Part shown: one piece after another, positions 19,559 to 29,707 of the stretch
Layout of the letters: each line of letters opens with the position of its first letter
Numbering within the stretch: the first letter of the stretch is position 1
Source: Gemmatimonadota bacterium
GTDB lineage: Bacteria; Gemmatimonadota; Gemmatimonadetes; Palauibacterales; Palauibacteraceae
Assembly: GCA_965116475.1 (NCBI GenBank)
Contig: OZ220691.1
Location: 2,048,001-2,112,000 of the forward strand
Direction of reading: 5' to 3'
Length of the DNA: 64,000 nt
Notes under the pieces: model-generated
What the model saw: the letters and a program-made list of their open reading frames with translations, nothing else
Told to the model about the DNA's origin: nothing
Database searches by the model: none
Translations under genes and position numbers: made by a program

Positions 19559-20137
19559 TCAGTGGGGACGGTAGGCCTTCACCCTGTCGGGATCCGTTTC
19601 CAGGCGGGGGCCGCCGATGAGGTCGACGCAGTCGGGCACCGCCGCGAACACGGCGTCGAGACATTCGCCCACGGCCTTGGGCGACCCGGGGAGGGTGATG
19701 ATCAGCGCCGAGCCCCGCACCCCCGCCGTCTGGCGCGAGAGGATCGCGGTCGGCACGTGGGGCCGGGAGACCGCGCGCATGGCTTCGCCGAACCCGACGA
19801 GTTCCTTCTCCAGCACCGCGGCGACCGCCTCGGGCGTAACGTCGCGCGGGGCGGGCCCGGTGCCGCCGGTGGCGATGACGAGGCAGCACCCGGCCGTATC
19901 GATCAGCTCGACCAGGGTCGCCCGGATCCGCTCCGTCTCGTCCGGGATGACGCGCGCTTCCGCCTCCCAGGGCGAGGTAAGGACTTCGGTGAGATACGCC
20001 TCGACCGCCGGACCGCCCCGGTCCTCGTACTCGCCGCGGGAGGCGCGGTCCGAAACCGAGACGATGCCGATGCGCGCGACGACGGCGGACGGCCCTTCCG
20101 CCGATCCTTCCGCTGGCCCTTCCATAGAATCGTCCAT
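19559..20137 (-). CDS. mog: Molybdopterin adenylyltransferase
   Basis: SVSDRASRGEYED, TGGTGPAPRDVTPEA, PTAILSRQ, LPGSPKAV. Confidence 0.92.
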   Translation of the reverse strand: MDDSMEGPAEGSAEGPSAVVARIGIVSVSDRASRGEYEDRGGPAVEAYLTEVLTSPWEAEARVIPDETERIRATLVELIDTAGCCLVIATGGTGPAPRDVTPEAVAAVLEKELVGFGEAMRAVSRPHVPTAILSRQTAGVRGSALIITLPGSPKAVGECLDAVFAAVPDCVDLIGGPRLETDPDRVKAYRPH

Positions 20138-20229
20138 GGCCCGAATATGGGCCGTCGCACCCGTTCTTCACTAGGTTGGCGGACCGCGGAACCGGTTGGA
20201 CGCCATGAACCCGACGAGGTTGACGACAT

Positions 20230-21048
20230 ATGACGAAGATGCTCGAGGAGATGCTCGACGCGGCCCCGCTGGCCGACGTGCAGGCTCATCCCGACACGCG
20301 CAGGGTGCCCATCAGCCGAGTGGGCGTGCAGAACGTCCGCTTTCCCATCTCGGTGCGGGACCGCCGCAAGACGGCCCAGCACACGATCGCCAACGTCGAC
20401 ATGTCCGTGGACCTTCCCCACGACTTCAAGGGGACCCACATGAGCCGCTTCATGGAGATCCTCAATTCGTACGACGATGAGATCTCGGTCGACGCGCTGC
20501 CCGCCATCCTGCGCACGATGCGCGAACGTCTCAACGCCGAGACCGCGCACCTCGGCATCTCCTTCCCCTACTTCATGGAGAAGGAAGCTCCCGTGACGGG
20601 CGCGGCGGGCCTGCTGTCGTACGACTGCGCCTTCGACGCCTCCAGCGGAGCGGAGGACGACTTCGTCCTCACGGTGAAGATTCCCGTGACCACGCTGTGT
20701 CCGTGTTCCCGGGAGATCAGCGCGCGCGGGGCGCACAACCAGCGCAGCGTCGTCACGGTCAAGACGCGCTTCACGGGGCGGCTCTGGATCGAAGACATCG
20801 TGGCGCTGGTGGACGCGTCGGCTTCCTGCGAACTCTATCCGGTGCTGAAGCGCAGGGACGAGAAGTGGGTCACGGAGCAGGCGTACGACAATCCCCGCTT
20901 CGTCGAGGATCTGGTGCGGGAGGTCACGCTTCGGCTCCGCGACCTGCGGCAGGTGACCTGGTTCAGCGTCCACGTCGTCAACTTCGAGTCGATCCACGAG
21001 CACGACGCGTACGCGCAGGTGGAGGAACCCGCCCGCGCGTCGGGCTGA
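20230..21048 (+). CDS. folE2: GTP cyclohydrolase I type 2 (FolE2)
   Basis: KGTHMSRF, TTLCPCS, GAHNQRS, NPRFVED, ESIHEHDA. Confidence 0.95.
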   Translation: MTKMLEEMLDAAPLADVQAHPDTRRVPISRVGVQNVRFPISVRDRRKTAQHTIANVDMSVDLPHDFKGTHMSRFMEILNSYDDEISVDALPAILRTMRERLNAETAHLGISFPYFMEKEAPVTGAAGLLSYDCAFDASSGAEDDFVLTVKIPVTTLCPCSREISARGAHNQRSVVTVKTRFTGRLWIEDIVALVDASASCELYPVLKRRDEKWVTEQAYDNPRFVEDLVREVTLRLRDLRQVTWFSVHVVNFESIHEHDAYAQVEEPARASG

Positions 21049-21093
21049 GCGCCGTCGGGCTGAGCGCCGTCCGGCTGAACGCCGCCCGGCTGG
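21038..21093 (+). repeat. 15-bp tandem repeat (CGTCGGGCTGAGCGC) x3.7 spanning the folE2 stop
   Basis: Read directly; copies degrade progressively. Confidence 0.85.
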
Positions 21094-21123
21094 CCGGCAC
21101 AGCCGGGGGCGTCACTCTGTGTG

Positions 21124-22500
21124 CTACACCCGCACGGCCAGCCCGTCGTGGAGGGCGGTGCGGTAGGCCTTGAACGCGGGCACGAAACCCATCAGGAATC
21201 CGGCCGTCACCACGGCGGCGAGGAGGAGAAGTTCGATTACGCCGGGCGGCCGGATCGGGATGAAGAGCCCCGCCTGCGCTTCGATGATGGACTGCCCGAC
21301 CGAGAGCAGCGCGTAGACCACCGCGAGCCCCGCGAGCGCCCCCGCCGCGGCCAGGCACACGGACTCGAGCACCAGCAGGGCGACGATCCGGTTCGGTCCG
21401 GCTCCGACGGCGCGCAGGATCGCCATCTCCCGTCGCCGCTCGTTGAGCGACGTGTAGAGTGAGACCAGCATCCCGAGCAGCCCCACCAGGACGACGAAGA
21501 TGGCCACCAGCCGGAGGCCGGTCTCCGCGTAGCCCAGGCCCTGCCACATCTCGTTCAGGGCGACGCCGGGGAGCACGGCCATCATCGGCTCGTCCTCGAA
21601 GTCGTTGATGTCGCGCTGCAACTGGAGTACGTCCCGGCGGTCGGTCGTGCCCACGAAGAACGAGGTCACCTGCGTGACTTCGACGTCCTCGATCGAGATG
21701 TCCTCCTCATGGGCGTGGCCGTCGTCCGCCGCGGCCGCCTCCGCCTCGTCGTGGGCGGCTTCCTGCTCGTCGTCATGGGCGTGGCCGTCGTCGGCGGAGG
21801 CCGCTTCGGCCTCGGCCTCGTCGTCGTGGAGGTGCTCGTCGTCCGACGCCGGCGGCACTCCGTCCTCCCAGTGGATCGCCTCCATGCCCTCGAGTGTGAC
21901 GTAGATGGCGCGGTCGACGGGCGTGAACGTCTTGGCGAGGATGCCCACGACCGTGAACGGCATGTGGTCGTGGTTCACGAAGCCGATCTCGCCGAGCCCG
22001 TGCGTCACCGAGACCTCGTCGCCCATGGAGTAGTTCAGCTCGGCCGCCACGTCCGCGCCCAGCGTCACGTCGAACAGGTCCGTGTTCGCCCGTCCTTCCG
22101 CCAGCGCGATTTCCTGGCCTCCGCGGTAGCGGTAGTGGCGATAGAAGTCCTCGTTCGTGCCGACGACCCGGAACCCCCGGTGGCTGTCCCCCAGGCTGTA
22201 GGGGATGGTCCACTCGACCGCCGGGTGCGCCGCCCACTGTTCGTAGGCCTCCCACGAGACGTTCTCCGTCGGCGCTCCCATGCCGAAGACCGAATACAGG
22301 AGCAACTGGATCGTGCCGCCCTTGGTGCCCACGATGAGGTCGGTCTGGCTGATGGTGTTGGAAAAGCTCTCGCGCATGCCCACGCGCACGTTCTCGACGC
22401 CGATGAGGAGGGCGAAGCTGAGGGCGATGGAGCCCACCGTGAGCGAGGTGCTGAAGGCGCGATTCCGGAGCGACTTGAGCGCCAGGTCGAGAACCAGCAT
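21124..22500 (-). CDS. ABC transporter permease (MacB/FtsX-like) with His/acidic-rich insertion
   Basis: ISQTDLIVG..GG..QLLLYSVF, SLGDSHRGFRVVGT, ERRREMAILRAVGA. Insert DDEHLHDDE...DDGHAH x2. Confidence 0.88.
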   Translation of the reverse strand: MLVLDLALKSLRNRAFSTSLTVGSIALSFALLIGVENVRVGMRESFSNTISQTDLIVGTKGGTIQLLLYSVFGMGAPTENVSWEAYEQWAAHPAVEWTIPYSLGDSHRGFRVVGTNEDFYRHYRYRGGQEIALAEGRANTDLFDVTLGADVAAELNYSMGDEVSVTHGLGEIGFVNHDHMPFTVVGILAKTFTPVDRAIYVTLEGMEAIHWEDGVPPASDDEHLHDDEAEAEAASADDGHAHDDEQEAAHDEAEAAAADDGHAHEEDISIEDVEVTQVTSFFVGTTDRRDVLQLQRDINDFEDEPMMAVLPGVALNEMWQGLGYAETGLRLVAIFVVLVGLLGMLVSLYTSLNERRREMAILRAVGAGPNRIVALLVLESVCLAAAGALAGLAVVYALLSVGQSIIEAQAGLFIPIRPPGVIELLLLAAVVTAGFLMGFVPAFKAYRTALHDGLAVRV

Positions 22501-23192
22501 CAGAACACCGCCTTGTTGGCCTTGTTGACATCCGGGAGCGAGATGTTGCGGGAGAACATGCCCTCCAGCGTGCGGTCGTGGCTCACGAACACCAGCGTGG
22601 AGCCGGCGCGCTCGCACTCTTGAAAGAGCAGCTTGAGGAAGGCCTCCCGGCGGTCGAAGTCCAGGGAGGAAGTCGGTTCATCGGCGACGATGAGTTCCGG
22701 CGCCCCGATGAGCGCGCGGCAGGCGGCCACCCGCTGCTGCTGGCCCACCGAGAGTTCCGTCACCGGCTTCTTGAGCAAATCGCCGATGTGGAGGTGGTCG
22801 GCGAGCTGCGTGGCGGTCTCCTTCACGCCCGCACCGTCCAGCCGGGCCCGGCGTTTCGGGTTCATGCGCGCCGGGAGCGCGATGTTGTCGAGTACCGACA
22901 GGTAGGGGATGAGGTTGAACATCTGAAAGACGTAGCCGATGTGTTCGGCCCGGAAGGCGTCCCGCCGGGCGCCCGAGAGCGACGCGAGGTCCTTGCCGAG
23001 CACCCGGACTTCGCCTTCCGTCGCTGCCAGGACGCCCGCCAGCACGCCGAGCAGCGTGGTCTTCCCGCTCCCGCTCGGACCGAAGAGGAACGCGCGCGTC
23101 CCCCGCTCCAGCGTCAACTCGCCGATATCCAGCACCCAGGGGCCGTCGCCGTAGCGGAAGCGCAGGCCTCGGACGTCGATTGCAAGGCTCAT
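22500..23192 (-). CDS. ABC transporter ATP-binding protein
   Basis: GPSGSGKTT Walker A, LSVGQQQRV signature, IVADEPT Walker B, VSHD. Confidence 0.93.
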   Translation of the reverse strand: MSLAIDVRGLRFRYGDGPWVLDIGELTLERGTRAFLFGPSGSGKTTLLGVLAGVLAATEGEVRVLGKDLASLSGARRDAFRAEHIGYVFQMFNLIPYLSVLDNIALPARMNPKRRARLDGAGVKETATQLADHLHIGDLLKKPVTELSVGQQQRVAACRALIGAPELIVADEPTSSLDFDRREAFLKLLFQECERAGSTLVFVSHDRTLEGMFSRNISLPDVNKANKAVF

Positions 23193-23222
23193 CCCGTGTC
23201 ATCTCCCGGAACGTCGTCTCCC

Positions 23223-23259
23223 AAAAAAAAGCGCGCCCCCGGCCTGGCGGGGACGCGCT
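23223..23259 (-). terminator. Intrinsic terminator between the DUF3299 gene and the ABC ATPase
   Basis: Minus strand GCGCGTCCCCG-CCAGGC-CGGGGGCGCGC followed by T8. Confidence 0.8.
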
Positions 23260-23287
23260 CCATGCATGCGTGCGGTCGCATCGCGGA

Positions 23288-23788
23288 TCAGGGTCCGTAC
23301 GGATAGACCCGCTGGCCGGCGACGGTGAAGCCGACGTAGCCGTACACGCTCTCCGTCATCTCGATCTCGAGCACGCCCTCGACCCACACCGGGTTCCACC
23401 CGTCCAGCTTCGCCCGCTCGCCGTCTTCCATCTCGATGTAGACGAGCTGGTTGGGCGGTGGCGGCGGCGTGTGGATGCAGGCGCCGACATACGGCACGAG
23501 GAGGAATTCCGTCGCCGAGGACGCCCAGTCTTCGAGCGGCACCGTGAATCCGGGGATCTTCACGAGCTTGCCCGCAAGCGCCGCCAACTCCTCGCTCGGC
23601 TCGCCGGTGCGGTAGTCGAGGCTGGCCAGAAGGCGCCAGCCCACCTCGGTGGGCTCATCGTCCGATGCGGCCGTGGCGTCGGCCGGGGGCTCCGTGACGG
23701 CTGCCGGGGGGCCGCCCGCGCCGGCAAGGGTCACCACGAGCAGCAACGCGGCGGCGGTCGAGAGAAGCCTGCGGCTGGCGTCGATCAT
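23288..23788 (-). CDS. DUF3299 family exported protein
   Basis: Signal peptide; VKIPGF..PL, EFLLVPYVGACIHTPPPPPNQLV motif. Confidence 0.88.
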   Translation of the reverse strand: MIDASRRLLSTAAALLLVVTLAGAGGPPAAVTEPPADATAASDDEPTEVGWRLLASLDYRTGEPSEELAALAGKLVKIPGFTVPLEDWASSATEFLLVPYVGACIHTPPPPPNQLVYIEMEDGERAKLDGWNPVWVEGVLEIEMTESVYGYVGFTVAGQRVYPYGP

Positions 23789-23823
23789 CGTAAAACTCCA
23801 GCTGTGAAAAGTCCTCGGTTCGT

Positions 23824-25509
23824 TCAGTTCGACCCCGAACGGTCCTGCCGGTCCTGCAGATTCTCCTCGGAGGCCGGCCGCGACAGCGTGGGGTATTTGA
23901 TACCCAGTTGATCAAGATACGTGTCGAAGCGCGTCTCGTCATAGTAGTACTGCTTCAGGAGCGGACGGAACGTGTCCATGATCTCCCGGTTGAGGTCGAT
24001 CGGCGGCGGGTCGTCCGGGCCGATGAAGGGAATGTACTCCACGCCCGCCGTCTGTTCCTCGCGGAAGTAGGTCCAGGCCTCGTCGACCAGGGCCGGCTGG
24101 GCGAAGAGCTGGAGGGCGGAGCGGGCCATGACGCGCGCGCCGGCGACCGCGCCCTTGTGCGCGATCGGGGTGGCCATCGCCATGGCGCTCGACCAGTGGT
24201 GGCCCGGCAGTCCCGGCACGTTCGACGGGAAGCGCAGGGTCACCGTGGGCACGTTCCACGAGATGTCGCCGATGTCGTCGGAACCGCCGCTCCGGCGCGG
24301 CCCCGGCTCCCCCAGGGGCGAGAGCGAGATGGGCATCCCCGACGGGACGCTCCCCACCGATTCCTGCACCGCGCTCGCGAAGTCGTGGTCGTCGTCGGTC
24401 CACTCCGGAAGCCCGACATCCTCGATGTGCTCGTACATCGTCTCGGCCACCACCTTGTTGAAGTGGCGGGGCCAGGCGGCGCCGATGATCCGGTAGGACA
24501 TCTCGGTGTCGGTCATCAGCGCCGCGCCTTCCGCGATGCGGATGGCCGTGTCGAAGTTGCGCTTGATGTCCTCGTAGTCCATCTCGCGGATGAAGTACCA
24601 GACCGACGCGCTCGGCGGCACGACGTTCGGCTGGTCGCCGCCGTCGCTGATCACGTAGTGCGAGCGCTGGTCGGGCCGCAGGTGTTCGCGCCGGAAGTTC
24701 CACGCGACGTTCATCAGCTCGACCGCGTCGAGCGCGCTGCGGCCCCGCCAGGGAGCGCCCGCGCCGTGGGCGGCCTCGCCCTCGAAGGTGAACTCGACGG
24801 AGACGAGGCCGGTGCCGCTCCCCTGGCCCCAGCTCACCGCCAGGTTGCTGCCCACGTGCGTGAAGAGGGTGATGTCGATGTCCTCGAGATAGCCATCCCG
24901 CACGTACCAGGCCTTGGAGCCCAACTGCTCCTCGGCGACCCCGGGCCAGAGCACGAGCGTGCCCTCGATGCCCTCGGCCTCCATGACGTCCTTGAGCGCG
25001 AGCGCGGCCACCACGTTCACGGCCTGCCCGGAGTTGTGGCCCTCGCCATGGCCGGGCGCGCCCGGAATCAGCGGGTCGTGATAGGCGACGCCGGGCTTCT
25101 GGTTGGCCTTCGGGATGCCGTCGATGTCGGACCCGAAGGAGATGACCGGCGAGCCGCTGCCCCAGCGCGCGAACCAGGCGGTGGGGATGCCCGAGGGCGC
25201 GTGCTCGACCGTGAAGCCGTTCTCCTCCAGGATCCCGGTGATGTAGGCCGAGGTCTCGATCTCCTGCTGCCCCAGTTCGGAGAAGGAGAAGATCTTGTCG
25301 ACCATGACCTGGGCCAGCTTGGCGCGCTCGAGCACGCCCGCTTCGACGCGGGCCACGAGGGGCGCCAGTTCATCGTCGGATAGACCCTGCGCCGTGTCGG
25401 AGGGGTCCTGCGCGGTCGCCGGGGCGGCCGGGGCGGCGAGCAGGGCGACCAGCGCCGCTGCCAGCGTTCGTTGACTCGTTCTACCGGTTTTACCCATTCG
25501 TTTATCCAT
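23824..25509 (-). CDS. M20 family amidohydrolase (AbgB-like), exported
   Basis: Signal peptide, GHGEGHN, WPGVAEE, GRSALDAVE, GGDQPNVVP, GGSDDIGDISW. Start uncertain (25509 or 25497). Confidence 0.85.
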   Translation of the reverse strand: MDKRMGKTGRTSQRTLAAALVALLAAPAAPATAQDPSDTAQGLSDDELAPLVARVEAGVLERAKLAQVMVDKIFSFSELGQQEIETSAYITGILEENGFTVEHAPSGIPTAWFARWGSGSPVISFGSDIDGIPKANQKPGVAYHDPLIPGAPGHGEGHNSGQAVNVVAALALKDVMEAEGIEGTLVLWPGVAEEQLGSKAWYVRDGYLEDIDITLFTHVGSNLAVSWGQGSGTGLVSVEFTFEGEAAHGAGAPWRGRSALDAVELMNVAWNFRREHLRPDQRSHYVISDGGDQPNVVPPSASVWYFIREMDYEDIKRNFDTAIRIAEGAALMTDTEMSYRIIGAAWPRHFNKVVAETMYEHIEDVGLPEWTDDDHDFASAVQESVGSVPSGMPISLSPLGEPGPRRSGGSDDIGDISWNVPTVTLRFPSNVPGLPGHHWSSAMAMATPIAHKGAVAGARVMARSALQLFAQPALVDEAWTYFREEQTAGVEYIPFIGPDDPPPIDLNREIMDTFRPLLKQYYYDETRFDTYLDQLGIKYPTLSRPASEENLQDRQDRSGSN

Positions 25510-25624
25510 TGAGGCGCCCGGGAAGAAGGGACCGAAAGGCAACAACCTCATAGGATAAGTGCGGGCGACCCGCGTCGGAAAGTGGGACGTCGCCCGCCGG
25601 AAGCGGCGTTCCCGTGCCCGGCGA

Positions 25625-25644
25625 GACGTTCCCGCGGGAACGTC
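25625..25644. repeat. Perfect 20-bp palindrome GACGTTCCCGCGGGAACGTC
   Basis: Read directly at the carB 3' end. An 18-bp copy of the core occurs at 55680-55697. Confidence 0.85.
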
Positions 25645-28600
25645 AGACGGAGCCGGCGGTCCTCGTGAGCCGGTCCTCTTCCACGTCGACGACGTCCCGC
25701 GCCTGGAGGCTGTGGACCGTGTGCCGGCGGTGGCGAAGGGCGATGATCGCGTCGGCGGCCGCGGAGGCCGCGGAGAGCGTCGTCGTGTAGGGCACGCGGC
25801 GCGAGACGGCGGCGCGGCGGATCATGTAGTCGTCGTACTGGGCGTGCTTGCCGAGCGGGGTGTTCAGGAGCAGCTGCACTTCGCCCGACACGATGCGGTC
25901 GAGGAGGTTCGGGCGTCCCTCGTGCACCTTGAGGATGCGCTCGCTCGGCACCCCGCGGCCGCGCAGGTACCGCGCCGTCCCCTCCGTGGCGAGGACGTTG
26001 AAGCCCAGTTCGTGGAAGCGGCGCGCGATCGGGACCATGTTCGGCTTGTCCTGGTCGTGCACCGTGATCGCGACCGCTCCCTCCGTCGGCAGCCCCTGGT
26101 AGGCGGAGATCTGGGACTTTGCGAACGCGAGTCCGAAGCTGTCCGCGTATCCCATGACCTCGCCCGTGGACCGCATCTCCGGGCCGAGCACGGTATCCGC
26201 GTCCGGGATCTTGTCGAAGGGGAGCACGGCCTCCTTCACGGAGACCTGGTGCGGGATGAGTTCGTCCCCGAGTCCGAGGTCGGCGAGCTTCACGCCGGCG
26301 AGCACGCGCGCGGCCACCCGCGCGAGCGGGACCCCCGTCGCCTTGCTGACGAACGGCACGGTGCGGCTCGCGCGCGGGTTCACCTCGAGCACGTAGACCG
26401 TCTTCTCGTGCACGGCGAACTGCACGTTGATGAGTCCCCGGACGTCCAGCGCGAGCGCGAAGTCCCGCGTGAAGCGGCGCATGGCCTCCATGTCGACGTC
26501 GCGCAGGAGGTAGGGCGGCAGGACGCAGGCGGAGTCGCCGGAGTGTACGCCGGCATCCTCGATGTGCTGCATGATCCCGCCGATGAGGACCGTCTCCCCG
26601 TCGCACACCGCGTCGACGTCCGCCTCGAAAGCGTCCTCGAGGAACCGGTCCAGGAGCACGGGATGTTCCGGAGAGGCCTGCACCGCGCGCACGAAGTACT
26701 CCCGCAGCGACACCGGGTCGTAGACGATCTCCATGGCGCGGCCGCCGAGCACGTAGCTGGGGCGGACGAGCACGGGATACCCGATGTTCTCCGCGATCGC
26801 CAGCGCCTCTTCGATGCTCGTCGCGGTCCCGCCCGGCGGCATCGGCACCCCGAGTTCGCGGCACAGTTCGTCGAAGCGGCGGCGGTCCTCGGTGCGGTCG
26901 ATCGACTCGACGCTCGTCCCGAGGATGGGGACGCCGAGTTGCTCGAGCTTGCGCGCGATCGTGAGCGGCGTCTGTCCCCCGAACTGGACGATGACCCCCT
27001 CGGGCTTCTCCTGCTCGACGATCGCGAGCACGTCCTCCACCGTGAGCGGCTCGAAGTAGAGCTTGTTCGAGATGTCGAAGTCGGTGGACACGGTCTCGGG
27101 ATTCGAGTTGATCATGATCGTCTCGAACCCTTCGTCGCGCAGCGCGAGCGAGGCCGACACGCAGCAGTAGTCGAACTCGATGCCCTGTCCGATGCGGTTC
27201 GGCCCGCTGCCGAGGATGATGATCTTGCGCCGCTCCGAGCGCTCGGATTCGTTCTCGTCCTCGTAGGTCGAGTAGAGGTAGGGCGTGGCGGCCGGGAATT
27301 CGCCCGCGCAGGTGTCGACCGTCTTGTAGACGGGCCGGAGCTCCGCGCCGTGGCGCACCTCGCGCACCTCGGCCTCCGGGATCCCGCGCAACTGTCCCAT
27401 CTCCGCGTCGCCGAAGCCGATGCGCTTCAGCCGTTCGACGTCCTCCGGCGTGACCTCCCCGGCCGCCGCGAAGGCCTGGCCCTCGCGCACGAGTTCCTCG
27501 AGCTGGGAGAGGAACCAGGGGTCGATTCCCGTGATCCGGTTGATCTCGTCCACGGAGAGGCCGGCCTGGAAGGCGCGGTAAAGCTGGAAGGGGCGCTCGG
27601 GCGTGGCGGTGCGGATCGCCGCCCGCACCGTGTCGACGGCATCGTCCTCGAGGCGGTCCGCGTCCGGGTCCGGGGAGGGGAGCCACCCCGAGCGCCCGTT
27701 CTCGAGCGCGCGGAAGCCCTTCAGCCACGCCTGCTGGAACGTGCGCCCGATCGCCATCACCTCGCCCACGGCCTTCATCTGCACGCCGAGCGTGGCGTCC
27801 GCCTTCGGGAACTTCTCGAACGCGAAGCGCGGGATCTTCACGACCATGTAGTCGAGCACCGGCTCGAAGCAGGAGGGCGTCACCTGGGTGATCGCGTTCG
27901 GGATCTCGTCGAGGCGGTAGCCGACCGCGAGCTTGGCGCCGATGCGTGCGATGGGGAACCCGGTCGCCTTCGACGCGAGCGCCGAACTGCGGGACACCCT
28001 CGGGTTCATCTCGATGACGAGCATCTGTCCCGTCGTGGGGTGCACGGCGAACTGGATGTTGCAGCCGCCCGCGTCCACGCCGATCTCGCGGATGCAGGCG
28101 ATGGCCGCGTCCCGCATCGCCTGGTACTCGCGGTCGGAGAGGGTCAGCGCCGGCGCGACGGTGATCGAGTCGCCCGTGTGCACGCCCATGGCGTCGAAGT
28201 TCTCGATCGAGCAGACGATGACGACGTTGTCCGCCCGGTCCCGCATCACCTCGAGCTCGAACTCCTTCCAGCCGATGATGCTGCGGTCGATGAGCACCTC
28301 GCCGATGGGCGACGAGCGGATGCCGGAGCGGACGAGATCCTCGAACTCCTCGCGGTTGTAGGCGGTGCTGCCGCCGGTGCCGCCGAGGGTGAAGGAGGGC
28401 CGGATGATGGCGGGGAATCCCGTGTCCTCGACCAGCGTGAGCGCCTCGCCGAGCGAGCGGGCGAACCCTCCCGCCGGCAGTTCGAGCCCGATGCGCTGCA
28501 TGGCTTCGGCGAACTGCTCCCGGTCCTCGGCGAGCTGGATCGCCCGCACGTCGGCGCCGATCAGCTCCACCCCGTGCTCGTCGAGCACGCCGCGTTCGGC

Positions 28601-28906
28601 CAGTTCGAGTGCGACGTTGAGCGCCGTCTGGCCGCCCATGGTCGGGATGAGCGCGTCCGGCTTCTCCGCCTCGATGACCCGCTCGACCCAGTTGGCCGTC
28701 AGCGGCTCGATGTAGGTCGCGTCGGCGATGTCGGGGTCCGTCATGATCGTGGCGGGATTCGAGTTCACGAGGATGACTCGATATCCCTCCTCGCGGAGCG
28801 CACGGCAGGCCTGCGTCCCGGAGTAGTCGAACTCGCAGGCCTGGCCGATCACGATCGGGCCGGAGCCTATGAGAAGGATCGAAGAGATGTCGTCGCGGCG
28901 TGGCAT
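25643..28906 (-). CDS. carB: Carbamoyl-phosphate synthase large subunit
   Basis: [28 protein letters not shown], duplicated ATP-grasp domains, C-terminal MGS domain. 1087 aa. Confidence 0.98.
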   Translation of the reverse strand: MPRRDDISSILLIGSGPIVIGQACEFDYSGTQACRALREEGYRVILVNSNPATIMTDPDIADATYIEPLTANWVERVIEAEKPDALIPTMGGQTALNVALELAERGVLDEHGVELIGADVRAIQLAEDREQFAEAMQRIGLELPAGGFARSLGEALTLVEDTGFPAIIRPSFTLGGTGGSTAYNREEFEDLVRSGIRSSPIGEVLIDRSIIGWKEFELEVMRDRADNVVIVCSIENFDAMGVHTGDSITVAPALTLSDREYQAMRDAAIACIREIGVDAGGCNIQFAVHPTTGQMLVIEMNPRVSRSSALASKATGFPIARIGAKLAVGYRLDEIPNAITQVTPSCFEPVLDYMVVKIPRFAFEKFPKADATLGVQMKAVGEVMAIGRTFQQAWLKGFRALENGRSGWLPSPDPDADRLEDDAVDTVRAAIRTATPERPFQLYRAFQAGLSVDEINRITGIDPWFLSQLEELVREGQAFAAAGEVTPEDVERLKRIGFGDAEMGQLRGIPEAEVREVRHGAELRPVYKTVDTCAGEFPAATPYLYSTYEDENESERSERRKIIILGSGPNRIGQGIEFDYCCVSASLALRDEGFETIMINSNPETVSTDFDISNKLYFEPLTVEDVLAIVEQEKPEGVIVQFGGQTPLTIARKLEQLGVPILGTSVESIDRTEDRRRFDELCRELGVPMPPGGTATSIEEALAIAENIGYPVLVRPSYVLGGRAMEIVYDPVSLREYFVRAVQASPEHPVLLDRFLEDAFEADVDAVCDGETVLIGGIMQHIEDAGVHSGDSACVLPPYLLRDVDMEAMRRFTRDFALALDVRGLINVQFAVHEKTVYVLEVNPRASRTVPFVSKATGVPLARVAARVLAGVKLADLGLGDELIPHQVSVKEAVLPFDKIPDADTVLGPEMRSTGEVMGYADSFGLAFAKSQISAYQGLPTEGAVAITVHDQDKPNMVPIARRFHELGFNVLATEGTARYLRGRGVPSERILKVHEGRPNLLDRIVSGEVQLLLNTPLGKHAQYDDYMIRRAAVSRRVPYTTTLSAASAAADAIIALRHRRHTVHSLQARDVVDVEEDRLTRTAGSV

Positions 28907-28951
28907 CGGGCGCGCAAGTTATTCGGTCGGACGGCGGATCGCAGCCCCCGC

Positions 28952-29707
28952 CTACCGCATGAGAAGCGAGATTTCGCGCAGGACCCAGACGGGCGTCACG
29001 CGCCCGTCGCGAAGGGCGGGGGAGAAGAGCAGTCCGCGGGCCGCCCGCACGGCGGCCGCGTCGAAGGCCTGGTCGCCGGATGAGACCTGGATCGCGGTCG
29101 CCTCGACCCGTCCGTCGGTCCGCACGAGAATCCAGATGGAGGCCGCGATGTCCGCGTCGAGCCCCTCACCGCGGATCACCGGCAGCAGGGTCGTCGCGAG
29201 CGCGGCCTCGGCGTCGGTGTCCCACACGAGGCGGGGCGGCTCGTCGACGGCGACGTAGGCGGGGCCCGATGCGCGGAGTGCCGCCAACTCCGCGGCGACC
29301 GCGGCCCGGGCCGTCTCGATGGCCGCCAGCGAGTCGCGGCGGGCGGCGGCGATCAGCGAGTCCCGGAGCGCGGCGGCCCGCTCGGCCTGGAGGATGGAGT
29401 CGCGGCGCGCGGCCGCGGCCCGCTCGGCCCTGGCGATCGAGTCCTGCCGTGCGGCCTCACGCTCGGCCCTGGCGATCGAGTCCTGGCGCGCGGCTTCACG
29501 TTCGGCCCTCGCGATCGAATCCTGCCGCGCGGCCTCCCGTTCGGCCCTGGCGATCGAATCCTGCTGTGCGGCGTCCGCCGTGGCCGAGTCGGCGGCCACC
29601 GGCTCGGGCGGGCGCATCGCGCGCGGGATGGGGAGGAAACACGACGCGGCCCCCAGCGCGGCCAGCGTCACCAGGAGGATCCGTCCCCCGCGGCGCCCTT
29701 CCCTCAG
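28952..29707 (-). CDS. TonB C-terminal domain lipoprotein with coiled-coil repeat linker
   Basis: Probable CTG start gives MREGRRGGRILLVTLAALGAASC (n-region, h-region, lipobox). QDSIARAEREAAR repeats. C-terminal V..DGRV...SSG..AFD.AA..A...F.PA...G..VW. Confidence 0.7.
   Translation of the reverse strand: MREGRRGGRILLVTLAALGAASCFLPIPRAMRPPEPVAADSATADAAQQDSIARAEREAARQDSIARAEREAARQDSIARAEREAARQDSIARAERAAAARRDSILQAERAAALRDSLIAAARRDSLAAIETARAAVAAELAALRASGPAYVAVDEPPRLVWDTDAEAALATTLLPVIRGEGLDADIAASIWILVRTDGRVEATAIQVSSGDQAFDAAAVRAARGLLFSPALRDGRVTPVWVLREISLLMR
29380..29570 (-). repeat. 39-bp coding tandem repeat (QDSIARAEREAAR x3 plus degenerate copies)
   Basis: Seen in both DNA and protein; boundaries approximate. 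Confidence 0.85.

Noticed and set aside
25559..29083. 1174-aa ORF on the + strand, and similar long shadow ORFs (e.g. 17667-19499, 32589-34415, 48383-50404)
   Set aside because: Antisense or alternate-frame shadows of well-supported genes, expected in high-GC DNA; no recognisable motifs.
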